From Vicugna vicugna (taxonomy: Eukaryota), in the NCBI GenBank assembly GCA_013265495.1, contig MU058337.1:5934716-5998715 (forward strand): a stretch of 64,000 nucleotides of DNA, written 5' to 3'. The stretch's first letter is position 1, and each line of letters starts with the position of its first letter. The notes beneath the pieces were generated by a model. That model did no database searches. It was not told where the DNA came from and saw nothing but the letters and a program-made list of their open reading frames with translations. Positions 40,700 to 51,897 of the stretch are shown here, piece by piece. Both the position numbers and the translations under genes were made by a program.

Positions 40700-41580
40700 A
40701 ATTTCTCTATTCCCTTTTTTTTTCTGAACCCCCATCAATTCAACTTTAACCACCACTTCCCCTTGACATTCTTGAAAACTGCTCGTCAAGGTCTCCTATG
40801 ACCTCCACATTGCTAAACTGAATGGTCAAGTCATTCTTCATGTTTAACATATTTCAGTTGAACGCTCCTTGCTTCACTTGGGTCTCTGAACTCCACCCCC
40901 TCCCACTTTTCCATCTATGTCTTCCACTGTTCCTTCTCAATCTCCTTTGCTGGATGGCCTGATCTTCCTGTCTTGTTAACGTGAAGTGTCCCAGGGCTCA
41001 GGCCCAGGACCTCTGCTCCTAACTCATCTCCCAGGTCCACTCTTACCCCTTTTTAGGCATTTACAACACTGCAGGCACAATGATCTTGTTAATACATAGG
41101 TCACATCAAGCTCTGCTTTGCTCAAGACCCTGCAATGGCTTCCCATTCCACGCAGGTAGAAACTTAAGTCTTTGAACCCCCACCCCAATTCCATCTCTAC
41201 TACTTTTCGGCTGGGTTCTCCTCTCAAGTTGCATTTGCCTCCTTGCCATTTCTCAAACAGGCTAGGCACACTTTGACTTCATGTGCTTTGCATGTGCTGT
41301 CTCCTCTGATCAGAAGGTTCTCCCTCCAGATATTTACATAATTCACTGCTTTCCTCCCTCAGGTCTTTGCTCTAACATGAATCTTCCTATCCTGCTAATC
41401 CATCCTGCCATCCACTTCCCTGCGCTCCAAATTAAAACTGAGGCTACCCCACCATCCATCCCCAGGATGCTCTATAGTTCATCACTGCTTTGTTTCTCAT
41501 CAAACTAATTATCATTATTTGATGTACTACATCTGTTTTGTCCGTCTACCCTCCACTTAAATGTAAGTTCAATGGGGAGG
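40700..41580 (+). mobile_element. L2 (LINE-2) 3' fragment
   Basis: gtcaaggtctcctatgacctccacattgctaaa and gctcaagaccctgcaatggcttcccatt are L2-like motifs. Confidence 0.75.
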
Positions 41581-41929
41581 GACAGCTAACAGTTAATGGG
41601 CATCATGTTAAATATTTTGTATTTCATTTGACATTGACACTCTTTCTTTAAGAACTACTATTACCTCCACATTACAGACGAGGAAACTAAGTCCAAGAAA
41701 GGTCAAATAATTTATCCTAAGATAATAGCTAGGGATCAGCAAAACCAGGGAGAAATCCAAGTCTCTGGCACAACAGCCTTAAACATGAAGATATACTGTA
41801 AGTTCTAGCCAGTAGAAAACAAGAAAAAGAAATATTATGAAGACAGAGAATTATTAGAGAATGTAGTGGTCACTTTAGTTGATAACTCAACATTTACTTC
41901 ACATCAGAAAATCAGTTCAAGACCATCAC

Positions 41930-42297
41930 GATAGTCCAGTTCCCTCTACAGTGACTGGCTGAGGAATGGGGATGAGTTCTCTCTGGTCAATGAGAACCGA
42001 GAAGAAGCTGGCTGGGTAACACCTGGGAGAGGTTTCCTCACTTCGGAGAGACAGAAACAATCTGGCTTTGACTCCTGAAACTTCTGCAGCTGCCCTGCTA
42101 TCTGCTGTCACAGCTTTGTGACAAAGCCCACACACACAGGCAAGGCGAAGAAGCCGCAGAGAGGTGGCGTCAGCAGACGACTTACTGAGCCTTGTCCTCC
42201 CTGTTCCCTGAGCCTCCTGTTCAACACGAGGTGAGGACAGTGTCAGTTTGAATCAAGGTTTCTGTTACCTGTGCCCAAAAGCATTCCAAGTGATTCA
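41930..42297 (+). mobile_element. Old MaLR (MLT1J/K-like) LTR fragment
   Basis: 3' terminus ggtttctgttacctgtgcccaaaagcattccaagtgattca. Confidence 0.55.
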
Positions 42298-43119
42298 GGA
42301 GGTTCAATTCAGATTCAGGGATTCAATAAAAGAAATTATAAAGCTTTAATAACAGAAATCAAAAGACTTTAATAAATGCAGAGTTGTATCGTATTTTTTT
42401 AAAGCCTCAGTATTTGATGTCTATTATAGCCAAATTTACTATAACTTTAAGGCAACTCCAATATCAAAATACTTTCAAGCTTAGCTAGAATAATCAATAA
42501 ATTTTAGGGGAAGAAAATAATAAATTATTAAATAAAACTAGAATGACAAATCAGTGGAAACGAAGAGAAAAATCAAGAAACAGACCATAATACATTTTAA
42601 AATTCTGTGTAAGGTAAAAGTAACACTCAATAAGGAAAGGATGGACAAATCATCAAGTGTGACTGGTTCTGCTCATTAACTACGTGGAAAAGTAAGGTCT
42701 CAACCTCGTATCACCCTGAAAATAAATTCAAAATATGAAATGCCAGTGTAACAAAGGAAAACTATAAGAGAATGGAAATAGAATATAAGTAAACAAGTCT
42801 TTTTAAGAATAAAACCAAATAAGAAACCACAAAGAAACCAACTGATCTTACAAAATAACATTAAAAAATCCACTCTAATGGTGTCCCATTTGCTAGATTA
42901 TAATACAACACATCTTATTATTTCCTTCACTGGACTCCAATTTCTCTTCTTGTCATAGTTATAGCTACTTGATATAAACAAAGAATGCTATTTTTTGTTC
43001 ATGATAGTTTTCTTTTTGCTTATCTATTAAGCATTTACTTGGTTTTGCACTACAATATAGAATTAACCTTTTATTTCTTTGTAACAAATAGAAGAATTTG
43101 ACTGACACATATTGATACA

Positions 43120-43295
43120 CAATCAATTATTCTCACAAAAGCCCTATGAAACATGACAGAATACATATTATTCCCATTTTACAGGTAAGCTGAGCTTAAG
43201 TTAAAGTAATATTCCTAAGGTCACATTACTAATAAATGATAGAGTTATTAGTAAAACCCAAACTTCTAATTCTATATTCCAGTTTTTTCCACTAA
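43120..43295 (-). mobile_element. MIR SINE fragment
   Basis: attattcccattttacagg...ttaaagtaatattcctaaggtcaca. Confidence 0.65.
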
Positions 43296-43502
43296 ACCAT
43301 TGAATATATTTAGATAATATATGCATACCAACTTACGTGCGTGTGCTGTGTGTGTGTGTGTGCACACAAGTCACATAAGTGAGAGAGAGGGGGAAGGGAG
43401 GGCAGCAGGAAGAGAGCTGGGGTGGGAGAGAGAGTGGGGGGGGTGGAGGTGAGGGAGGGAGAGCACAAGGAAGCATGTGAGAGCAAGCCTACACCAAGTT
43501 CC

Positions 43503-43863
43503 TGACTGAATCTCCCTGCCTGCCCCCCTCAAATCCATATGTAAAAATCGAATGCCCCATGTTATGGTATTTGAAAGAGGGGGTAACCTTTGGGAGGTAA
43601 CTAGGTCATGAAGGTGGAGCACTCATGAATGGGATTAGTGTGCTTATAAGAAGGGGCCAGAGAGCTAGTCTGCCCTCTTCCCACCACGTGAGACTGTAAG
43701 AAGTAAGCCTTCTGCAACTTAGAAGAGAGCTCTCACCAGAACCCGACCATACCGACACCCTGACCTCAGACTCCCAGCCTCCAGAGCTGTGGAAATAAAT
43801 GTTTGTTATTTAAACCGCCCAGGCTATGGTAATCTGTGATGGTGGGCTAAACTGATTAAGATA
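43503..43863 (+). mobile_element. MLT1A-like solo LTR (ERVL-MaLR)
   Basis: ctttgggaggtaactaggtcatgaaggtggagcactcatgaatgggattagtg...cccagcctccagagctgtggaaataaatgtttgtt...ctgattaagata. Confidence 0.88.
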
Positions 43864-45764
43864 CTTATGTGTATTTCTGTCCTGCCATCCTTGGAGTTAC
43901 AAGGAGACTCTAATTTACTTGGGGAATAGGTTGGAATATTTTACAAACAAAGTAAGTTACCAGATCACAAAGGAAAAACTCATTTCACAACGTGCACGTA
44001 AGTCAATTCCAAATGGATTAAAGAGTTAAACGGTGCTGATTTTCCCATAGGTTCATGTATAAGTGTTTAGGATTTTGAACACAACGTCTAGGGAATGGCA
44101 AAAAGAGCAAAGGAAGAAAGAAAAGGAAGCAAGCAAGCAAAAAGAAGCAAACAAAACTTAATGAATTAACTATATATCTACAGTAAAAAAAAAAAACCCA
44201 ACAATACTTATAAAACCCACAGAATCAACACTTACTTTAAAACACATTAAAATACCATCTAATATGTAAAAACACGTAACAGCACACGCCCGTCTCAGCA
44301 GGCCTTAGCCCAGGAATGACCCCTAAAAGGAGGCAAGGGTTTACTCTGCACCACGGCCTCTGCCCAATTCCTACTACAGGCAAGGTAACCCGGGAATGCA
44401 GCCCAGCCTCTGCTTGGACTGATCTGCTCACCAGCCATTTTACCACGAGGAGAGCTGGCCTGCCTTCTCCCTAGAGGTGACAATCATTACAATGGCAAAT
44501 TATTCAGAGAGCTTCACAGAGAGATAATAGTCATGGAATTAGGAAGTCTGAGTAATAAAGCAGGAGAAAGGCTGGAAGACAATCTGCACAGCGACGAAGC
44601 CCAACAAAAGCAAGCAGCCCATGCAGAAACCACCAAGGGAAGCGGAGGAGGCAGAGAACTCAGAGAGGGCAGGCTGCATTCTCGTGAGTGTCTGAGAAGC
44701 ACGGAGAGCAAAGGGGGACCTGAGCTAGAGCAAAGTAAGGGGAAGGTCCACCTCAGAAAGGTGAATCCTGACCTGTGAACATCTGGATCTAAGTCAAACA
44801 GGCATTTTGAGCAAAAATAAATGAAAGGTTGCTGGAAGAAACTAAATTGTTTCCTTTACTAGTTTTCCCTCCAGTCATTAAGCAGTTAGTGGAATAAATT
44901 TTTATATCAAACCACAAGGTCAGCAAAACAATTTTAGCTCCAAATAAGAAGCGATTGTTTAATACAACTTTTAATGATTCATTTCTGTCAATACAAGGGT
45001 TTAGGAAAAGGATTATTATAAAGAAAAATAACTCCATATTAAGACAACATGTATTTATATAAAAATTTACTTTATTGACAGTCATTCCAAGGAAAATTGT
45101 TTTTGACATTAACTTTCCTTTTTTTCTGAAGTGCACTGCTATCTTTTTACTATCCAAATACCATGGGTACATATCATTAAAGTCTTTTTCCAAGTCATAA
45201 ATGATGAAAGAGAAAAACCCATGGAGAAATTCGGAAAATAAGGTCAGAAGCCAAAACAAGCAACAGAAAGGAAGTGCTGCAGGCTACTGAGTTTGGAAGC
45301 AAAACATTACATGACCAAACCCATGACAAAGCAACGTGCAGCCGCACCTGGCGGCTGCCTCTGAGATTCCATTCCCCAGGCCACAATGAAAACACTACTG
45401 CGAAGCCAAAATGTGAAGAGTCAACCACCTTACATCAGCTCTGTTGTCAGGGACTTCTTCAGCAAATAAGCAAAAATAACTTAGACTCATTTTGCCTAAA
45501 CAAGACTGTGCTTTTGTCAAAAAGACCAGTATGTTTTGTTTGACATTGTAGGTTCTGTTGCTATGGTGGAACTGACTTTACAATGCACTGGTCTACTAAA
45601 TAAATGATAAGGTCAATAGGAAATAAATTCATCAAAACTAAAACAATTGTTTGTTATACGGGTGATAAGTGCACAAATATCTACATAACTGAACTTTTGG
45701 CCTACATATTTTATTAATGTAATTTTTTTCCAACTTCAAAAGGGTAATGAATTCAATATAGTAT

Positions 45765-47780
45765 CAGAGGAGGACGACTCTGGGAAGACAACAGGATAGG
45801 AAGCACCAGGAATCTGTCTCCCCAACCAGACAACAATGACACTGGAGAATCTGTCTGATGTAACTATGTTGGAACTCTAGAGTTCAGTCTTTCAGAGGAA
45901 GAGTTGGGTGGTAAACTACATTCAGTTTTGGTCAACTCCAGCTCTAGCACAGTAGCAGCTACCTATCCCCCCAGCCCAGTCACCTAGCGGGTGAGTGTGC
46001 ATTGTTCACCAGAGCAGCTTGCACACAGTTCATGGAAGCTAAGGTGGGCAAAAAAGGATTTTACCCTCCAAATGTTGGGCACCCATGCTCTGACTGCTAA
46101 TCATGGAGGTGCAGACAAAAAGGAGGGTACCCATTGTTACTGCGCCTCTCCCTCATTGTTGCAATCCCCTCACCCTCTGGCTGGAGTGACTTTCAGGAAG
46201 TTTAAAGGTCTGGTGCCTCCTTAACTCTCTCTTCATTTTTTGGCTTTTCCTCCTTTTAAAAGCCACAACTTAAGGCTAAGACATTCAAAAACAACAGCAT
46301 ACACAAGAAAAACTGAAAAATAACTGAACGTGCCCAGAGAAAGGCTAAGAAAAGATCCTGAGATCAACTTAAGTTTATACCTCAGCCTGATCCTTGGCAT
46401 AGAGACAGCTTACAACAATTGATAAAAACAAAAATTATAAACAAAAACAATAACAAAAAACAGGAAGCCCTGGAGAAGGAGGAAACACTGATTTCCAAAG
46501 TTACCACATTATTAGATTTAAATATCTAGTGTTCAACCAAAAATCACAAGTCACACAAAGAAACAGGAAAGTATGGCCTACTCAAAGGAAAAAAAACAAA
46601 CAAAAAACAAAAACAGAATACATCTCTGAAAAAGACCTAAAGTCAGATATACTAGACAAAGACTTTAAAACAAGTGTCTTAAAGATGCTCAAAGAACTAA
46701 AGGAAGATGTGGAGAAAATAAAGAAAATAATGTGTAAACAAAATTAAAATATCAATAAAGAGACAGAAAACCTAAAAAGAAAAGAAAAAGATGTTCCTGA
46801 GCTGAAAAGTACAATAATTGAAAGGAAAAACTCACTAGAATGATTCAAAGGCAGATTTGAGCAGACAGAAGAAAAAAAACAGTCAACCTGAAGATAGAGC
46901 AACACAATTATAAAGTCTAAAGAATAGAAAGAAAAAAGACTGAGGAAAAGTGAACAGAGCCTAAGGGACCTGAGGGGTACCATTAAGCAAACCAACATAT
47001 ACATTGTGTGAGTCCCAGAAGAAGAGAGAAAAAAGGACAGAGAGAATATCTGAAGACATAATAACTGAAGACTTCCCAAATTTTATGACAGACATGAATA
47101 TAAATATCCAAGAAGCTCAAAAAACTTCAAGTAAGATGAACCCAGAGCTCCAAGACACATTATAACCAAACTTCCAAAAGCCCAAGACAAAATCTTGAAA
47201 GAGAGGAGTGAATCTTCACATACAAAGGATTCTCAGTAAGATTATGAGCAGATTTCTCATAAAAAACTCTGGAGGCCTAGAGGCAGTGGGCTGATATATT
47301 CAAAGTGCTAAACGAAAAAAACTGGCAACCAAGAATCCTAAATCCAGCAAAACTGTCCTTAAAATGTGAGGGAGACGATAGACCTTCCCAGGTAAGCAAA
47401 AGCTGACAGAGTCTGTGACAGCTAGACCTGCCCTGCAAAAAATGCCACAGGAAGTCCTGCAGGTGAAATGAAAGGACATTAGTACCAAGAAGCCACATGA
47501 AGAAATAAATACCTCAGTAAAGGCAAATACATGGACAATTATAAAAGCTAGTATTACTTAACAATACCTGTAACTCCACTTTTTGTTCTCAGCATGATTT
47601 AAGGGTTTAATGCATTTAAAACATTACTAGAGTAAAAGCTAGTATCATTTTAACTTTGGCTTGGAACTCCATGTTTTGCTTTCTACATAATATAAGAGAC
47701 TAATGCATTTAAAATAATTATTGGTTTATCGTTTTGAACGCAGACTGCATACAGATGTAATAATGTGACATCAACACCCA
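45765..47780 (+). mobile_element. Old L1 5' end (5' UTR + decayed ORF1; L1M4/L1MC-like)
   Basis: Begins gggaagacaacaggataggaagcaccaggaatctgtctcc. ORF1-like peptides such as ILDKDFKTSVLKMLKELKEDVEKIKK; ccaagaatcctaaatccagcaaaactgtcctt. Confidence 0.85.
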
Positions 47781-48315
47781 CCCTGCAGGCAACCACTGAT
47801 GTCCTTCTTTTATAATTTTGTCCTTCCTAGAAATCTCAAATAAATGCAATTTTATATTATATAGTTTTCTTTAACTGGTTTCTTTCTCGGCATAATTTTC
47901 TTTTTAGGTTTATGTTTGTAGATGCATGTATCAGTACTTTATTCATTTTTATTGCTAAACCATATTCCGTTGCATGGATATACCACATTTATTTATCCAC
48001 TCACCACTTGATGAATATTTTTCTAGTGGGTGTGTAGTGGTGTAACACTGTGATTTTAATTTGTATTTCTCTAATGATTAATGATGTTAAATATCTTTTT
48101 TGATGAAACAAGAATTTATTTGCCATTCATATAACTTCATTGATAAAGAGTCTATGCCAAACCTTAATTGGGTTGTTTGGCTCATTTTTGAGTTGTAAGA
48201 TTTATACATTATAGATCCAAGTCCTTTATTGGACATGTATCTCTGAATACATTCTGCCATTTGCTGTATTGTTTTATAATGTTCTTTATGGTATCCTTTA
48301 AAGAGCAAAAGTTAT
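47781..48315 (-). mobile_element. Old L1 (L1ME-like) 3' fragment
   Basis: ggcaaccactgat...tttttattgctaaaccatattccgttgcatggatataccacattt. Confidence 0.75.
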
Positions 48316-48723
48316 TTTGCATATGTTATAAATTCTCTGTAATAAGTATAAATATAATAAATAATAAATATAGACATACATACTTGGAAAGAAATATAGC
48401 AAACTATTAGAAGTAGTTATTGTGGGATTACAGGTAATATTTATTCTTTTCCTTTTTAAACTTTCTTCAGATTCTTACCAATGGTAAGTCAGCACACTCT
48501 GAAAATAATTGGAATATCCTTCTTAAAAACCAAACCAGTTCATCATTAGCTACACTCAGGACTTCTGAAATAATCAAGATCCAAATAACATCTGAAGGTA
48601 AAGGAATAAGGATATGAGTATTGCATTTAACAAAAGAATAATAAAAATATTAATATAAGGTATAATTCCGGTTTTAAAACAAAAGCTTGGATCTCTCCTA
48701 CACACACACACATCCCTCCAAAA

Positions 48724-48958
48724 CAGCACTGTCTAACAGAGCTTGATGGAAATAGAACAGTTAACAATGGAAAGGTTCCTTCTGTTACCCGACATGGTAG
48801 CCGATGCCTGCAGTGCAGGAGTGACTATGGAGCACTGCAGATGTGGCCAGTGACTACACTGACACTGACATTAAATGTGACTGAGAAACTGAGTTTTTAA
48901 CCTAATTTTAATTCAAATAGGCATACATGGCTAGTGGCTTCTACACTGGAGAGCACAA
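48724..48958. mobile_element. MER3-like hAT-Charlie non-autonomous DNA transposon
   Basis: cagcactgtctaacaga...gtgactgagaaactgagttttt...catggctagtggcttctacactggagagcaca. Confidence 0.7.
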
Positions 48959-49631
48959 CTTTAGGGGTAAAAAAACAAACAAACCAGATTTCTGGCTCTA
49001 CTGACCATTTTCCTCCACCTTTCATTCACTCAGTAATTTATAGAAATTCTATATTCCCTCATCTCTCCCTAAATATTCACCAAATCGTAACTTAAAAAAA
49101 GATTGTACATTAAGCTTCTTGCATTTTCTCTTGAGAATGAAAACAAATGAAAAGTACCAGCTGGTTACGTGGAGATGTTCTGAGAAAACCATATTAGCCA
49201 CAAATATACAGCCTAAACCCAATTTAGTTTTTCTTCTACCTAATTCTTCAGTAACATGACTTTCTGACCTGTGCTCTTCAGAGCTGCCCAGTCACCTGCC
49301 ATCTTTTTTCTTTTTTTAACCTTTATTCTTCCTCTTGAGGAAAAGCAAAAAGAAAGAAAAAAAGAGTTGAAGTAACACAAGTTTATCAACAGCATCACTC
49401 TAGCAAGTAACGGACTATACTTGCTCAAGTAGGATTACTCGAGCAAGCACACAGACACTCGTGATAAATAATCCTGTCACTTAGAAGCATAAACGTTACA
49501 ATGATTTTGCTTTTGTTTTCCCTGGTATAAAGCCTGCTTTCTCTTTTGCTCAGGTTACTAGGAAGCTAAAAGGTACACGATGGGCTCACAAATAACCTGG
49601 TGTTATTTCCTTCCTGTATCTTATAAACAAG

Positions 49632-49635
<4 letters not shown>

Positions 49636-49668
<33 letters not shown>
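49636..49668. repeat. (AT)n microsatellite
   Basis: Uninterrupted AT run of about 33 bp. Confidence 0.95.
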
Positions 49669-49672
<4 letters not shown>

Positions 49673-50027
49673 ACTGTTCAGATTAATTCCTAAATTTTAT
49701 ACTATAATACTTCTCAAAATGTTTTCAAGATTAACAGAAATAACACAAATTACTTGAATTGACTTCCTATAAGGTTTCAGAATACCTTCCCCAATAATGT
49801 CCAAATTAGAGGGGCCAAGATCCTTTTGTTCTTTCTGAATTAAAAAAATTCATTTGAACAAAACAGAAGCAATACCATTTTAAACAGTGTGATTTTATTA
49901 TATTTCTCCAAACACTCATAAGATCCAGAACTGAGATCAGTCAGATCTTCTATTAGCTATTTTCTATGCAGCTCAGGTCATCAGTATGTTTCTGCTCATT
50001 TATTATTTTTCAAATGATCCAACATAC

Positions 50028-50136
50028 CTTGAATTTTCATGTTCTTGAAAATGTTGTGCTCTTAATTGGGATGCCACAAACAAGGATGATGCTATTGCCA
50101 ATAACTGGTTTCTCTCACTCTCTGTTAACTTGTGTC
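50028..50136 (-). CDS. PCCA: PCCA coding exon (human exon 18 equivalent), 109 nt
   Basis: Translation (G)[35 protein letters not shown](R). Acceptor gatttcccttag, donor AAG|gtatgt. Phase 1/2 joins in frame to both neighbouring exons. Confidence 0.97.
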
Positions 50137-51396
50137 CTAAGGGAAATCAACCAGTCGGTCAATCACATACATAATGTTAACATCTATGCTTCTATCTTAT
50201 AGAATTATTAGTCATTCAAACAGGTGCTTTTATTAAGCATCTATTACGGAGCTAGTATTGTATCAGGTGCTGGGGTGTCTTAGGGGAAAAAGAGAGAGCA
50301 AGGTTGTTTAAATCAGACAAAAACCCTGCTCACTGGAATTTTATACGAAAAACTTATGGCCCCTAATATCTGCTTCTCCTTATCACTTCCCACCCCAAAT
50401 TTTACTTCTAAGGAGTGAGGATAAAAGGTAGGCAGAAAAGGAGCGTCATGGTCATGGACAGTGGTGGGGCCATGTTTTCTAGAGTGAAGGATTGAAAGAA
50501 AATAAATAAGTGATTCTCTTGCCTTACTACATGTGGACTCAGGGTTTGAATCCCAATCAATTAACCAAACCACCAATCAATTTCCCTCTCCCTCTTTAAT
50601 TCACTCTTCTCACCATAATACAGCTGGACCTGGGGGCAATGGCCTAGCCTCACAAGCCCAGGAAAGACTCTCTGGTCTGGCTGAGGGCCATGCAGCTGGG
50701 AAATCTGCTCTATTTGCATAATAATTCCTCAAGAAGCGTGTGAGTCAAGGCAGGATTCAATACTCCAGGTCTGTAGGCTAACACATCCCCTTGAGCGCTG
50801 TGTAATCTCACCACAATTTCCAACACTATTTATTTACCACAGTGCTACACACAGATAATCGAGTTTATTAAAGGGTACAGTATGGGCAATCTGAGTGCTG
50901 GGTCATCATCAGCACTAAGATGCTACTTGTACAATTCAAAAAAGAAAAAATGATCAGGTAGTTATCTAAATTTATTTGAAAGAAATGAAGTAATTTCAAC
51001 ATTATGTCTAGAAAATTACCCAAAATAGAGCTAAGGCTAAAAATATTCATAATTAGAATACAAACACTTTCCAGATCTGTGGCCCATTTTTCTACGGAGA
51101 GGTGTTTCATGAAACTGAAGTGAAGGGTACCCTCTGTATCCCTTCCCTCTTTGTGAAAAACCTAGAAGCTACATAAGCTATAACACCAACATGGGATCGA
51201 TTGTCAGTCTGGGAATTCAGTAACAGATCCTTCAATGGCCTAATAAACCACATTCTTACAGGCTTTGAAAAGTTCCTAATTATCCCCAACACTTAAGCAG
51301 TGATAGAAACATCCCATATGATTCCATAATCAATTACCCTACATGAGAATTACAGGAATTTGGTCTCGGTCTTCTCAAAAACATATTGTCTACAAG

Positions 51397-51897
51397 AGCA
51401 GTTCTCAAAGTGTGGCCTGGGGATTACTGATAGTCCCCAAGGCCCTTCAGGAATCTGCAAGGTCAAAACTATTTTCACAATAATGCTACGATTTACTTGC
51501 TTTTTTTCTCTCTCTTTTTTAGGAGTATACCATGGAGGTGTCCTGATCCAAGAAATACATGATATGTGATGACATCATTGCTCTGATGTCAACATATAAT
51601 GATTTATTATTGTTACTTTGAAAATGAATAAGTATTTTTAAAGTTCCTAAGTTTTAATTTATAATATAGCAAATATCAATAGATATAACCACCAAAACTC
51701 TTCGAAGTATAAAGAGGACCGATGCTTCTCCAGCTTCATTGTGCATCGGAATCGCCTGGAGATTCGTGTGCTCCACCTACAGAGGCTGACCGGTAGGACC
51801 GGTAGCAATTGTGAGGTGGGGCCCCATAACGTGCATTTCTGACAAACATTTGATTCTGATGCTTCAAGTCCACAGATCTCACTTTGAACAGAAGTGT
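51397..51897. mobile_element. hAT-Charlie relics: a Charlie-type fragment followed by a MER5A-like element (~51720-51897)
   Basis: cagttctcaaagtgtggcc...aggtcaaaactattttcacaataat, then tgcatcggaatcgcctggag...tgcatttctgacaa...cactttgaa. Confidence 0.7.

Larger units (their letters stand above)
25358..50027 (-). other. PCCA: PCCA intron between the exon 18 and 19 equivalents, 24670 bp, GT-AG
   Basis: Bounded by the identified donor and acceptor; AG|A forms the Arg codon across the junction. Confidence 0.93.

Noticed and set aside
43380..43460. G-rich tract with G-quadruplex potential
   Set aside because: Low-complexity purine run next to a (TG)n repeat; no evidence of function.
49296..49333. 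38-nt microexon candidate behind a long polypyrimidine tract
   Set aside because: AAG acceptor and CAG|gtgact donor are both suboptimal; no other support.
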